Shown here: piece by piece, positions 12,211 to 25,534 of the stretch | Layout of the letters: every line of letters starts with the position of its first letter | Numbering within the stretch: the first letter of the stretch is position 1 | DNA from: Octopus sinensis | Lineage: Eukaryota | Length of the DNA: 64,000 nt | Reading direction: 5' to 3' | Assembly (NCBI RefSeq): GCF_006345805.1 | Contig: NC_042997.1 | Location: 86,738,001 to 86,802,000 of the forward strand | Program-made: the position numbers and the translations under genes | Notes under the pieces: model-generated | Databases searched by the model: none | Told to the model about the DNA's origin: nothing | What the model saw: only the letters and a program-made list of their open reading frames with translations

Positions 12211-12242
<32 letters not shown>

Positions 12243-12311
12243 CTTAGAGTAGTGACGGAGTAAATCCTCATCAGCAACCGAAAAGTTTTGAGAATGAGGA
12301 TGGAAAAACGA

Positions 12312-12365
<54 letters not shown>

Positions 12366-12535
12366 ATCTATCTATCTATCTCATGTGATCGCGTGAGAGA
12401 CCAGACTATCAGATGTTGTTATACATCGCTTGTCACAATGCGCTTTGCATCGGTTTAGCTTTCAAACGATGCTGCCCCACTGGCTAGGCAAGCAGGCTTA
12501 CACACACACACACATACAGAAATGAGTGTGTGTGT

Positions 12536-12602
<67 letters not shown>

Positions 12603-12903
12603 TTTGATAGAAGAAAAGTAAGAAAAGGAGAAAAAAGATTGCGGTCGAAATTTAAAGATGAAGATTAAACTTCTTTTGCCTAAAGGATATGACATGCAAG
12701 TTATTTTGGTTATTCTTATTGACACTCTTGTTACTGATAGTTTGCACCTGGAAGCCGGTGAGAGCATTTATCTTTGGTAGTTAGAGTAATCCTGGATCTA
12801 TGAGCTTTCTTAATTGACCCTTGCTGGTGGTACCACTTTTGTGACATTATCTTATTTTGTATATTACGTATAATTTCACTTTTCATTTTACTTCATTCGG
12901 TTA

Positions 12904-14280
12904 AGGCGACGAGCAGAATCGTTTACATGCCGGGCAAAATGCTTAGCGGCATTTCGTTCGTCTTTACATACTGAGTCCAAATTCCGCCAAGGCTGTCTTT
13001 GTCTTTCAACCTTTCGGGATCGATAAAATAAGTTTCAGTTGGGCCCTGGGCTCAAATAAGTGAAATAAGTACTAGTTGGAGTAGATTTAATCGGCTTACC
13101 ACCTCTCTCCTCTGAAATTATTGGCCTTGTGCCAAAATATGAAACCATTTTACTCCACTCGGCAAGCTGGCAGAATCGCTAGGGCATCGGAAAAATTACT
13201 TTGCAGTATATATTTCGACTCTATACGTTTTGGGTTCAAATCCTGCCGAGGTCAACAATGCTTTTCATCTTTTTGGGGTCGATACAATAATAATTATTTG
13301 GGTTACTGATATCGACTATTACCCTCTCCCGAAATTTACTGACCTTGTACCTAAATCAGAAAACATTTCATTTGATTTCAGTTTAAACCAACACAATTTT
13401 TGCGGCCAATATTTCTCATGGACCCTCGTCTGCTGCGCCATCTGTAGCAGATATACAAAAATCAACTTTGCCAGTTATTTTTCCAGGAATCGATGTAGTA
13501 AAATACCAGTCAAGTATTGGGGTCAATTTAATCGACTAACCCCTCACTACAAACATATGGCCTTGTTCCTAATTTTGATTTCAAATTTTGGCACAAGGTC
13601 AGCAACTTCGTGGGGAGGGTTAAGTCGATCACATCAACTCCATTGTTCAACTGGTACTTATTTTATAGGCCCCCAAGAGGAGGAAAAGTAAAATCGACTT
13701 TGGTGGAATTTGAACTCAGAACGCAAAGACAGACAAAATGCCGCTAAACATTTTCTTCAGAGTGGTAACGATTCTGTCAGCACGCTGCCCTAGGCCCTGT
13801 CCCTAATTTTAAGAAAAAATAGTCTGGTAGATTGACGCTGTCGTTACAGCTTCGAATAAAATTCATTGCAGTATTTAGTCAATGTTTTTAACGTCTGAGT
13901 TCAAATCCTGCTCTGATAAGCTCTACCTTTTACTCCTCCGTATTCGATAAAATAAAGTACCTGTCAAGTTACTGAGGTCGATGGTATTGACTAAACCCCT
14001 CCCCTAAAAATGATGGTCTTGTGCGTAAATTAAAAAAAGAAAAACTTGAATTTTTGAGTAAGGCGAGTAGTTGAGAGGATCGCTAGAGCGTCAGAAAAAC
14101 GCCTCGAAGCATTTGTTCCGTCTTTTTACGTTCTGAGTTCAAATTCAGAATGCCGAGGTCGACTTTGCCTTTCTTCCTTTCGGGGATCGATGAAATAAAG
14201 TATCAGTAAACTTCTGAGACCAATATAATCAGCTAACCCCTTCCTTGAAAATTGCAGGGCTTGAGCTAAAATTTGAAAGA
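12904..14280. mobile_element. Cluster of SINE family A copies in both orientations
   Basis: Repeated ttctgagttcaaatt..gccgaggtc.actttgcc cores on plus (12.9-13.3, 13.85-14.28 kb) and minus (13.6-13.8 kb) strands. Confidence 0.85.
13303..13586 (+). repeat. 284-bp direct duplication, copy 2
   Basis: Matches 10048-10331. Confidence 0.92.
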
Positions 14281-14287
14281 ATTATTA

Positions 14288-14333
<46 letters not shown>

Positions 14334-15372
14334 GCTGTTATTGTGATGTTTTAAACTCTTCTACTTGTTAGTGAGATGCCTTGCTGTTTGTTTTAAAGTA
14401 GATATCTGTTTACTTATCTCCCTCGCCCCACCTCCATATCATTATTTCAGTTGAACCTAATAAGTTGGTTTTCCTTTGCTTATTTCTTGTGACTTCTTTA
14501 TGTTTTTATTCATTCATTCTTGGGGCTTATTTTTGTTTTTCTTTCTTCAAATCTTTGAAGTCACATGTTAGTAATGGATAGCATTATTGTAACCAATAAC
14601 GCGTTGTAAACGACACAGCTATTCACAATAATTTTAACCTATGCTTTCTCTCTATTACACTCAGCTCATCAAAGTTTTTTTTTTCTTTTTCATGACTGAA
14701 AAGTTGGTTGTTTTAAGGGTAAGTGGGGGCGAAATGTTTGAGTAAACAAGGTGTTGAACAACCAGTTCGTAAATCTTAAGTTCAAATATGGTACAGACAT
14801 TTTGTTGTCTGGAGGTTAATCACACCTCATATTTCCCTATTACGACGAGCTAATAAGGAAGCCGCTTACATAGTCGTAGCTCGACCCGGTACATTTCCCA
14901 TACAACATCATCTCAAAACAGAACTCACATTAGATCATCTACTCCTGGATAATCATTAGATAATCTACTCTTACACAGCGTCAGCAATAGAAAAAGACAG
15001 GATGGTCATGTTGGAATACTTTTGGGTATATACCAGAGGTGATATAGGATAAAGCAAACAATTTCCTGTTCCGGTTACAGTGACAATAAAAATATCGATC
15101 GCCTAGAATTAGGAATTAATTTAATTAAGGATGTTGATTTTGGATGTTTCGCTAATTCAAGAGTTGATTTTTTAATTTCACCCGAGTATAAATACTTATA
15201 ATGGTAATAAAAAAAAAAAAAAATTAATTCAGTTCAATTAAAAAGCAAGAGTATGCAACGCATTGTAAACCACACTATAATTAACGAAAAAATTTATCTG
15301 TACGCAAGCTATGCATTGCCTCTCCGATGCCTCTTTTTTTCATAATCTATCTATTCGATGCCTTTTTTTTTC

Positions 15373-15471
<99 letters not shown>

Positions 15472-15863
15472 GTCTGTCTGTCTGTCTGTCCGTCTATCTA
15501 TTCATTCAACTCCTTTATACGTATATATACATTTAGAAGGAGAGAGAGAAAGAGAAGGGGAAGAGAATGTACATACATACTATCACATACGCGAAAAAAC
15601 TTGATAAAGCACTAGAAGATTGTAAGTAAATGACCGTTTTAACAATGTTCAATATATAACGGTCAAATGAAACTGACAGAACCAATGAAACAATTGTAGG
15701 TTTAGTTTTAATGGCGGTTCATACTTTATTTCATGCCGACATCTTTAAACGTCAGAAATACTTTTTGGCGATGATGTATAGCTGAGGAGAATTTTGAGCA
15801 GCTATTTGGACATACCAATCTTCTTCCTTTCCGCTATTCTTTTCCAAATGTTTGCCTTCTATT

Positions 15864-16020
15864 TCATCGAGTGTATGTATGTATGTATGTATGTACGTAT
15901 GTATGTATGTATGTATGTATGTATGTATGTATGTATGTATGTATGTATGTACGTTGTGTTCTAAAGGTTGTGTTGAAAAATGATAAGTTACCAAAAGTTG
16001 TGCGTCTGTGCGTGTGGGTG

Positions 16021-16052
<32 letters not shown>

Positions 16053-16120
16053 TGTATGTATGTATGTATGTATGTATGTATGTATGTATGTATGCATTTA
16101 TGTATATACAAACATATATA

Positions 16121-16166
<46 letters not shown>

Positions 16167-16485
16167 GCATACGTGACAGAGCATGGTTAATAAGACTATG
16201 TATACGAAAAAAAGATGAATAATTTTACATAAAGATCGCATTCTGTTATGACGTCCTGATGTTCATAAAATCACACACACACATACATATACACATACAC
16301 ATGCACACACACAGGTAGATAGATAGATATATGAATATAAGCATGTGTGTGTGTGTTTATGTATAAATATATATTTATAAAATCTATCGTTAAAAAGATC
16401 ACACCACACACAATCTGTTTCTCTCTCTCTCTTTATGTATGCAAGCATGTTTGTATGTATATATGCATGTATGTATGTATGTATG

Positions 16486-16519
<34 letters not shown>

Positions 16520-16862
16520 TGTATGTATGTATGTATGTATGTATGTACGTACGTACGTATGTATGTATGTATGTATGTACGTACGTACGTATGTATGTAT
16601 GTATGTATGTATGTATGTATGTATGTATGTATGTATGTATGTATGTATGAATGTATGTATGTATGTATGTATGTATGTATGTATGTATGTATGCATGCAT
16701 GTATGTATGTATGTATGTATGTATGTATGTGTATGTATGTATGTATGTATGTATGTATGTATGCATGCATGCATGTATGTATGTATGTATGTATGTATGT
16801 ATGTATGTATGTATGTATGTATGTATGTATGTATGTATGTATGTACGTATGTATGTATGTAC
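15864..16862. repeat. Long (TATG)n/(TATC)n microsatellite block
   Basis: Direct reading. The longest tract, 16435-16860, has variant units TACG, CATG and AATG. Source of many spurious MYVC/HTYI ORFs. Confidence 0.98.
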
Positions 16863-17404
16863 AATCTAATGACAGCTATTAACCAGAAACTTCGAAGTAA
16901 CTCCCGACTTTTAATATACTCAAAAATAGTCAATTGAAAGGTACTGAGTGATACTGTAGTTAATATTTGACTGTAGTTTGTATAAAACTGCTATACACAA
17001 AAGCAAATGTGTGTGTGTGCGTGTATGTGTACATTGAAGCACGGATGGTTTCCCAGTGTGAATAATGACAAAAGTAAGTTGAACATGATGTATATATTAT
17101 CATGGTAAATGGTTCAATTAGTAAATCTATACGAAAAGATAAGAATTCTAGCAATTCAGTAATTTCGATTTTGGTATTTATCATCACCAGTTGTCTTTTT
17201 AATAACAGATTCCAACTGAACCGGAAAGTATTTCGAATATTTCCTTTAAAATCCGTACGAATCCATACGTTTCATCCCATCTCCATGTTAAGCATGCGCG
17301 CACTGGTATTGGAACGCCACACATCCTCTTCCAAGTAAGTTCTATCTATCTATATATGTGTATGTGTGTGTGTGTGTATACATACAAACGCACAGATATA
17401 TAAG

Positions 17405-17481
<77 letters not shown>

Positions 17482-17509
17482 GTGTGTGTGTGTGTATATA
17501 TATATATAT

Positions 17510-17564
<55 letters not shown>

Positions 17565-20500
17565 CACACACACACATTAAATATATACGCTTGTGTGGTG
17601 CGTGCACGTGTATGTATGTTTTGTGTACCTGTTGCGCCTCTGTGTGTATGTGTGTGTGTGTGTGTGTGTGACGTTTGTCTTACGAATTTAAGGATTGTGT
17701 TTTTATTTTTATTTTGAAAATTTTGAATAAAGATATAGGTTTGCTCCATCAAGAGGCGAAGTGATTTCCACGGCTTTATTAGACTATCCTGGGCTGTAGA
17801 GCCGAATGGGCGAAGGATTACCCTGATCATCAGCCCTCACGGAATCACTTCTTGTCGAACAAGATATTCATATGGTAGTTTAAATATAATTAGTTTAACG
17901 TGGGATGGGCAGTTGCACATCAGCTGTCACAGGTCGCCCACGTGTAATCAACAATGAAAATCCGGTTCTTATGATAAAACTAAGATGATTGGTGTATTTT
18001 GTTTCTCATTTGAAATTGTGTATAGGATCGGTTATGAGAATATTATTGATTTGTGTGTGGTTAAGTTATTCCAATTATTATCAATATAATATATTAAGAT
18101 TTCTAATCTGAAAGATATTGAAAAAAAAATATGGTCAATCTGTTGTTACAAAAGTGTGTTGCAAGGGGCATTAGTGAGTGTTGTAAGACGTAAATAGATA
18201 CTAGGAATAGGTACTAATGTTTGACCATCTTCGAAAACGAGTTACTCAAAATTTGGTTATACACAATTATGATTAACAAAACAAGCTATGCCACAGAGTT
18301 TTTAGTTTTTTCCAGTTTGTATCGAAATCAAAATTAAAAATAGGCGTATTGGCTTAGTCAGGGAGGAAGATTAGTGATTCTGTGGTCTGATTGAATGCTT
18401 GCAACAGCGTAAGCCCTATTAAATGCATCCAAAAAACTAAATGTTTGTTAAAATGAGTGGAAAATTAAGTGAACCACTTCTCAAAACAGATACAGTTCAT
18501 CCGACGAGATCTGCACAGTTTCTGTTTATCTAAATTCACGGACAAGGCTTGACACAAACATGGCTACGACAGTAGAAGACATTTCAGTAAGATGATCAAC
18601 AGTGGTATCAACTCCAAAACAGGTAGCGAGTTGTGTAAATTGTCAGAGTAAGATGGTATTTATTTCGACCCTCCGTACTGATTCAAGCGCAGCCGATATC
18701 AACTTTGCCTTCCTTTTTTGGGGATCGATAAAAAAAATACCAATTGAGGTCAGTGTAAAAAAAAAAAAGACTTTCGGACCGGATATCTTGTGGTATTTGT
18801 TTAAGCCGTTTTTTAAAACTTGGGTGGGAGACTTAAATCTTTGCTCGGTATAATATCGTTGGGTGTCTTTAGCGAAGATCACTCTGCTGCAAGCATTCGG
18901 GCTCGGTTTCCAGCTCGGGTATACATTCCTCCTGCCAGCCCACCAGTTTCGGAGGCCTTGTAAAGAGCTACGGGCGTTGCTCTTTCCTCTAACTAAAAAA
19001 AATAAATAAAAAAAACAAAGGAAAAAAACAAAGGAAAAAGAAAGGAACAAAAAAAAAAAAAAAAACGTATTCCAATGACACGGAATCCAACACCATCTGA
19101 TTGTGAAACGTACTTCTTTACCTTCACAGCTATGCTTACGACAATCTATATTTTGATATTTATAATTGTGCTTTTTAAGAGATTCTTTTTGATTTCAGGT
19201 AATAGGATTCGAATTCAACACAGAAAGCCAACGGTGATATTACAATATTTTAGCTGCTTACAGTAGCAATTTATGAATTATCTGCGGTAACAATGTATAA
19301 TTAGGTGGATTAAGCCTGCGTGAGTTCCTTGTTTAGTAATAGAAACAACGCAGCATTTATGTCAAGTTAAAAATCTTCGGCTCTTCACCTATATGCTTAA
19401 TGTTCAGTCGACTTGGCCAGTTGCTGTCGTTATTGTTTAACTTTGCCAAGCAGACATATGATCAAAAGGTATTAGAGCAATGACCATATATAGGACACTA
19501 TCGCCCAATGTGACCATTTAAAAAAAAAACCGTTGGCATTAGATTTAAGGAAGATTTGGCTGATATTTTTAGTAGGTTGAGCAACTATAGAGGATTTTAG
19601 GTGAGGTTAAGAATAGTTGACTGAGGTAAATGCTCAATCTGAGAATGCCACGCTATAACATTATGTTGTTTATCTTATGGTCACTGTTGATCGGACACAT
19701 CTGTGGCAATTCCAGGTTATATTTAGACATAGCGTAACTAGGATTACAATGTAAGTAAGATATTATATATCTTATCATTTTCGATGGGTTCTTTTAAAAC
19801 ACATTCTGGAAGTAAGCAAAAAGTAAGTAGAGTAATGTAGTTAGGCCAGCACTCAAATTTTCCAGCATTTTTTGTCGTAGACAAGTGACCCTATTATCTT
19901 GGAGTTATAACGTATATGAAAACTATTCTGCCAAAAGATTAATATGTCTTTAGCAAGAAAAAAGTAAATATATTTCCATGACTAAAGTTATACAAATGTA
20001 TTAATTAGCACCTGGTCAGCTTGGTTCAAGGAGACCTATAATCAAAGACGTTCCAACTGTGAACACTCAATCTCTTCTCAAACATAATGCACCCACGTGT
20101 GTTTTGTAAAATAATAATGTAATTTGTGAGAATTCTGGCTGCTATATTCAAAAAGAATTTTTAAAAAATTTACTTTATAGTTTTATCCTCATGATCCTTT
20201 TTCAGGGCCTCCAAAATCGGCCAGAGGAATAGAGGAAGTTACTTTCAAACCGAAGACTTCACCTAAACTCTTGACATGCGATAAATAGTTATAAAAGCAT
20301 CCTAAGCGGTTTAAGTGAAGAGAATGGAGTAAATTAGCTTTTATCTGGAATTAAAAAAGAAAGACTTCTAGACACAGTTCCCCGGACGCTTATGGTCTGC
20401 AATAAGATTAGTATTGTTAGGTACCTTCTCTTGGGATATAAGGAATATTAACATCAATGATATGAAAACAGGTTGTCCATTTGACGTAGTTTCACATAGT

Positions 20501-20904
20501 TACAGTGCATCAAATTTCCCTCACAAAGCGTTAGCCGATTCGAGTCTTTAGTAGAAAATACTTGCTCAAGGTGTTGCGCAGTGGGACTGGACAAGAAGTT
20601 ACGTAGTTACAAAGAGAACTGCTTAACCACCCAGCCATATCATACCAAGAACACACCAGCCAGTGTAATCTGGATGCTCATAAAAATGTAATTGCTCACA
20701 TTACATGTCCCCTTTAGTTTATTTGATATTGTTCCAATATCAAATGTAAAACTTCTGCAAAACTTTTACACGTTGTTGTTACTCTTATTGTCCTTGATGC
20801 TTCGCTCCAGATCGGCATTAATTGAACAAATCTATTATTAAAAATATTCCAACTGTCATATTTCCTTAACTCGATTGAGGGCGTAGCTCGGAGATGAGAA
20901 AGTC

Positions 20905-21050
20905 TCTACAGATCGAACCGCTTCTTCTCTGCATTGAGAGGTCATAGCTCCGGTACTACGAACATGTGATTAGAGTGTCGCGGGATAGAATCACAAGACG
21001 GATTCTTCAAGCCAAGCCAACCGGCAGGAGACCTAAAGATAGACGAAGGA
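20905..21050 (+). mobile_element. Short RTE LINE C-terminal fragment
   Basis: IEPLLLCIERS*LRYYEHVIRVSRDRITRRILQAKPTGRRPK resembles the LRWFGHV.RM...R....L.....G.R.RGRP motif. Confidence 0.7.
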
Positions 21051-22049
21051 CCACTACCAATCCCCCCCACCAATCCTCCACCACCACCACCACCACCACC
21101 ACCACCACCACCACCACCACTACTATTAACTCTTCTCCACCGAGATTAGCATTAATTGCCAAAAGCAGCAGTGCCTCCACCACCACCACCACCACCACCA
21201 CCACCACCACCACTACGAATACCATCAGCAAATGTATACCAACCGTGACCAACCGCGACCAGCTGTCTTTTTTTTTTAAGAAGGTAAGTTATAAACTGAG
21301 AGAGACGCTACGTGTTATAAGTAGCTGCCAATACATCCCTCAAAATACCAAGTCTTTTGAGTATAAGCGGAGCAAGCGAAGAGAACGAAGAAAAATAAAT
21401 TGGACTCTATTGGGAATTAAAAAAACAAAACAGAAAAAAAGAAAAAAAGTCTTTCGGATACAGCTCATCAGGAGCTGATGATCTACAAGATAAATGCTGT
21501 TAAGCACTATGTCACAGGCCATAAAGAATATCATCATCAATGTTACGAAGACAAACTTAACGTATAATTGCAGCAATTTGTCGTCGTACACGTCTGGACG
21601 CTTGGTTGGCGGACATGTGACAGTAATCTTTCTGGAAGTTTGAATTACTCCCCAAATTATAAGAGTCTTTTTATTTGAAATTCGAGATCTCTTATTTCTA
21701 CAATGCCATCCTTGGTTTGTCACAACAAATTCCATTGCGTTATTTATTTATTTATTTATTTGTCGTTACTAATCAAAGGAATTGTTTAAAATTCCAGCTC
21801 ATAATCATTGGAATTAAGATTTGCTTTCTGATAGAAATATTGTTCATTTGGTTGTAAAGAATTAAATTTTTTTTAATGAAATGAAACCCTATAGAACTAC
21901 TACTGTATATTTCTGAGTTTTTGGATGGTGACTTTCGAACAAAAAGAACAGCAGCCGATTCTTTGCTTATTGTAATTTCTAACTTACCCCCGCATATATC
22001 TTTATTCACTTAACAAAAAAACATGTCTTACTTATTGATAGTCAGTTTA

Positions 22050-23250
22050 ATGGCTTCACATTTTAGCATAAGGCCAGTAACTTTAAGTGCAGTGGGACAG
22101 TCGATTACATCGATCCCAGTACTTGACTGGTGTTTATTTTATCAATGCTGGAAGGATGAAAGGCAAAGTCAACCTCGGCAGAATTTGAACTCAGAACGTA
22201 ACGGCAGACAAAATACCTATTTCTATTTCTTTACTACCCACAAGGGGCTAAACACAGAGATGACAAACAAGGACAGTCAGACGGATTAAGTCGATGATAT
22301 CGACCCCAGTGCGAAACTGGTACTTATTTAATCGACCCCGAAAGGATGAAAGGCAAAGTCGATCTCGGCGGAATTTGAACTCAGAACGTAACGGCAGACG
22401 AAATACCGCTAAGCATTTCGCCCGGTGTGCTAACGATTCTTTTCTACTCTAGGCACAAGGCCCGAAATTTTGGGGGAGAGAGCCAGTCAATTAGATCGAC
22501 CCCAGTACGCAGCAGGTACTTAATTTATCGACCCCTAAAAGGATGAAAGGCAAAGTCAACCTCGGCAGAATTTGAACTTAAAACGTAGAGACTCAGAAAA
22601 CTGTCGTTATGCATTATGTCTAACGTGCCAACGATACTTCTAACTCGACAGAAGACCAGGAATTTTAGGTGTGGGAGTAAGTCGTTTACGCTGACCCCAG
22701 TGGTCAAATAGAACTTATATTATAGACCCTGAAAGGATGAAATCAAAGTCGGCCTCGGCTCACGCTGTAAAGACGGACAAAATGTCACTTAGCATTTTGT
22801 CCAACGTGCAAACGATACAGCCATTTTAGATGGTTAATATAATCCTTTCAACTGGAAGCACAAGGCCTCATATTTGGAGGAAGGGATTAAGTCGATTATA
22901 TCGACTCCAGTGCGTAACTGGTACTAATTTTATCGACCCCGAAAAGATGAAAGGCAAAGTCGATCTCGGCGGAATTTGAACTCAGAACGTAACGGCAGAC
23001 GAAATACCGCTAAGCATTTCGCCCGGTGTGCTAACGATTCTTTTCTACTCTAGGCACAAGGCCCGAAATTTTGGGGGAGAGAGCCAGTCAATTAGATCGA
23101 CCCCAGTACGCAGCAGGTACTTAATTTATCGACCCCTAAAAGGATGAAAGGCAAAGTCGACCTTGGCAGAATTCGAACCCATAACGTAAAGAGAGACGAA
23201 ATACCGCTAAGAATTTCGCCCGACGTGCTAACGGTTCTGCCAGCTCGCCG
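22050..23250 (-). mobile_element. Tandem cluster of SINE family A including a near-identical ~293-bp internal duplication (22283-22575 / 22884-23176)
   Basis: About six cores head to tail. The two blocks share private variants (gatctcggcgg, tacgcagcagg, cgacccctaaaagg). Confidence 0.9.
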
Positions 23251-23400
23251 TCCTTTAGATAGTTAATATAATACGATCCAATTTTAAAAGGAGATTAATT
23301 CACAATCTAACAAGAACCTAAGTAAGCGATATGCATTTCTCAACAGAATGAAAATTTAAAAGGTTGACTTTTCGCCTAGAAAATATTTACATACGTAACC

Positions 23401-23473
<73 letters not shown>

Positions 23474-23664
23474 GAAAGTGTGTGTGTGTGCGATCTGACT
23501 AGTGAACCCGGAACCATGTGGTTGGTAAACACACACACATACACACATATATATACACACACGCCCAGAACCAGCTGGTTTGCAAATTATGGCAACACCA
23601 TTGTTATGTTTTCATTATTTTGTGTAACATCCTTTCTTTTTTTATTTCAGATTCTTCAGTTTTT

Positions 23665-24758
23665 GGGCGAACCATGCTAATAGCTTTTGAATGAAAACAA
23701 CCCATCTAGACTTTTTCTTTCAGAAAATGAAGGATAATAATACATATTAAACATACATTAAGTATATATTTAACAGAAGACTATAATAATATTATAACAT
23801 TTATTGACATCATGAAACCTATTAATAAAAAAAACCTATTAATTATGGAATCTGTTAATTTCTTAATAGTAGCGGGTTGGATTGCCTCTGCTGCATCTTT
23901 GATGGTCGCCCATAAGACATCTTTCGACGTAAATTGGCGTCTATCGGCATAAACATCTTGTTTAATGATGGACCAAAGATTTTCGATAGGATTGAGATCC
24001 AGAGATGTAGGCGGCCACAGCATCAACCTTTCACCTTGTATGCCATAAGACCCTAGTAATAATTGGGTGGTCCTAGTAGAGTAGGAAGGAGCGTTGTCAT
24101 GAATGAATATGAGATTCCTTAGAAGTAACAGCGGTATGTCATCTAGCCCGGGATCCAAGACCTCCTTCACAAGATTGCAGTAAGCAGCTGCAGTCACTTT
24201 AACCCCTCCAGGCACCCTGACTGGGCCAACAAGTCTGTCCCTAATGATATAAGCCCACAACATGACTCCTCCACCCTGTTGTTGACATTGTAAATGTTGG
24301 TGATGCTCATCTCCAAAATAGTCTCAACCATTTGTCAAACTGTCAGGTCCATCGAGGGTCACCCTGGTTTCGTCAGTGAATAGAACACAACTCATGTCTA
24401 ACGTCATGTACTTTTGAGCCCATTGAAGCCTCAAACTCCTTTGATGGGGCATTAAAGGAGACAGTTTCAGGGGTTCTAACACGGAAGTCATGGTCCCGAG
24501 GATGCGATTTCTGGTGGTTTTCGGTATATGAGGAAGTCCGGAGGCGGTGAAAATGACTTTGCTTGTTTGTCCAGGTATCCCACGTAATTTGCAGCCAATA
24601 TTTCTTAAATCCCTAGCTGTCACAGTCTTGGAGGTCATAACATAACAATGGTGTTGCCATAGTGTGCAAACCAGCTGGGAAAAGTTTTATCAAAATCAAT
24701 TCACAGAAAACCGAGAAATCCTAGATTTCACTCCTAAGCTATTAGCGTGGTTCTGGGT
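23665..24758 (-). mobile_element. Tc1-like DNA transposon with DD37E transposase (TRT-type), defective
   Basis: VLFTDETRVTLDGPD...QQGGGVMLW...FIHDNAP...WPPTSLDLNPIENLWS with 37 residues between the second D and E. TIR cores gaacca(t/c)gctaatagctt at 23669-23686 and inverted at 24736-24753. Frameshifted and with an N-terminal deletion. Confidence 0.9.
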
Positions 24759-25498
24759 GTATATATATATATATATACACACAAATACATATATGCACAC
24801 TTCTTTTCATCCACGAAGATGCAGACATCTTCGTCACGATGTTTCAGACGACTAAGAAGTTTGGGACTTCTTCCAGCTTGAATAACTTTTGAATGGGTAG
24901 TTAGGATGTTGTGGTGTCTTCTCACGTATGATATCACATGGAGGGTTATCTCACAGCCCTAGAGATGGTCATTTTACTGATTGCTCGATCTTGAGTTAAC
25001 TTCGCCATCCTGTTAAGAAGCGAAGGGTGCGTTTTCGGTTACTGCGAGAACTATAACGCTTTCTCCGAACATCCTGACTTTTCTTCAAATTGCCTACAAC
25101 TACAAAAATTAGTAGATTTGGCATACTTTGTGGGCTCTAAGATTCTCCCCAGCACTTTTGCCGGCGCGGAATAATTTGGCAATTGCACATCTACGGTTTA
25201 ATTTTTTATTAACATTCATATTTTATTCAGTCAGAAATAAATAAAATAAAAAATACTACAAGTGATTATTCAAGTTAGTAATATTTAAAACTTAGACTCC
25301 AGCAAAATCTATACAATTAGAAATATGCTCATTTGAAACTTGTCCCAATTTACCTGTTACACTCTGTATATATGTACAATAAAACGCAAACTAGTGTTAT
25401 CTTATTTTGTTAGGTTTCTAAACACTTTCATTGAATATATATTTTATACTCCATACTCGGTAGTACCTTAGCACTAAGTATATGTACAAATATATATG

Positions 25499-25534
<36 letters not shown>

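Noticed and set aside
15311-16937. Many long ORFs (MYVC, HTYI, YLSI, IYIY repeats) here and across the window
   Set aside because: They are translations of (TATG)n, (TA)n, (CA)n and (TATC)n microsatellites, which lack stops in several frames.
20966-21478. 170-aa poly-Thr ORF with a strong donor near 21283
   Set aside because: The start is an RTE fragment and the body is (ACC)n microsatellite; no independent exon evidence.
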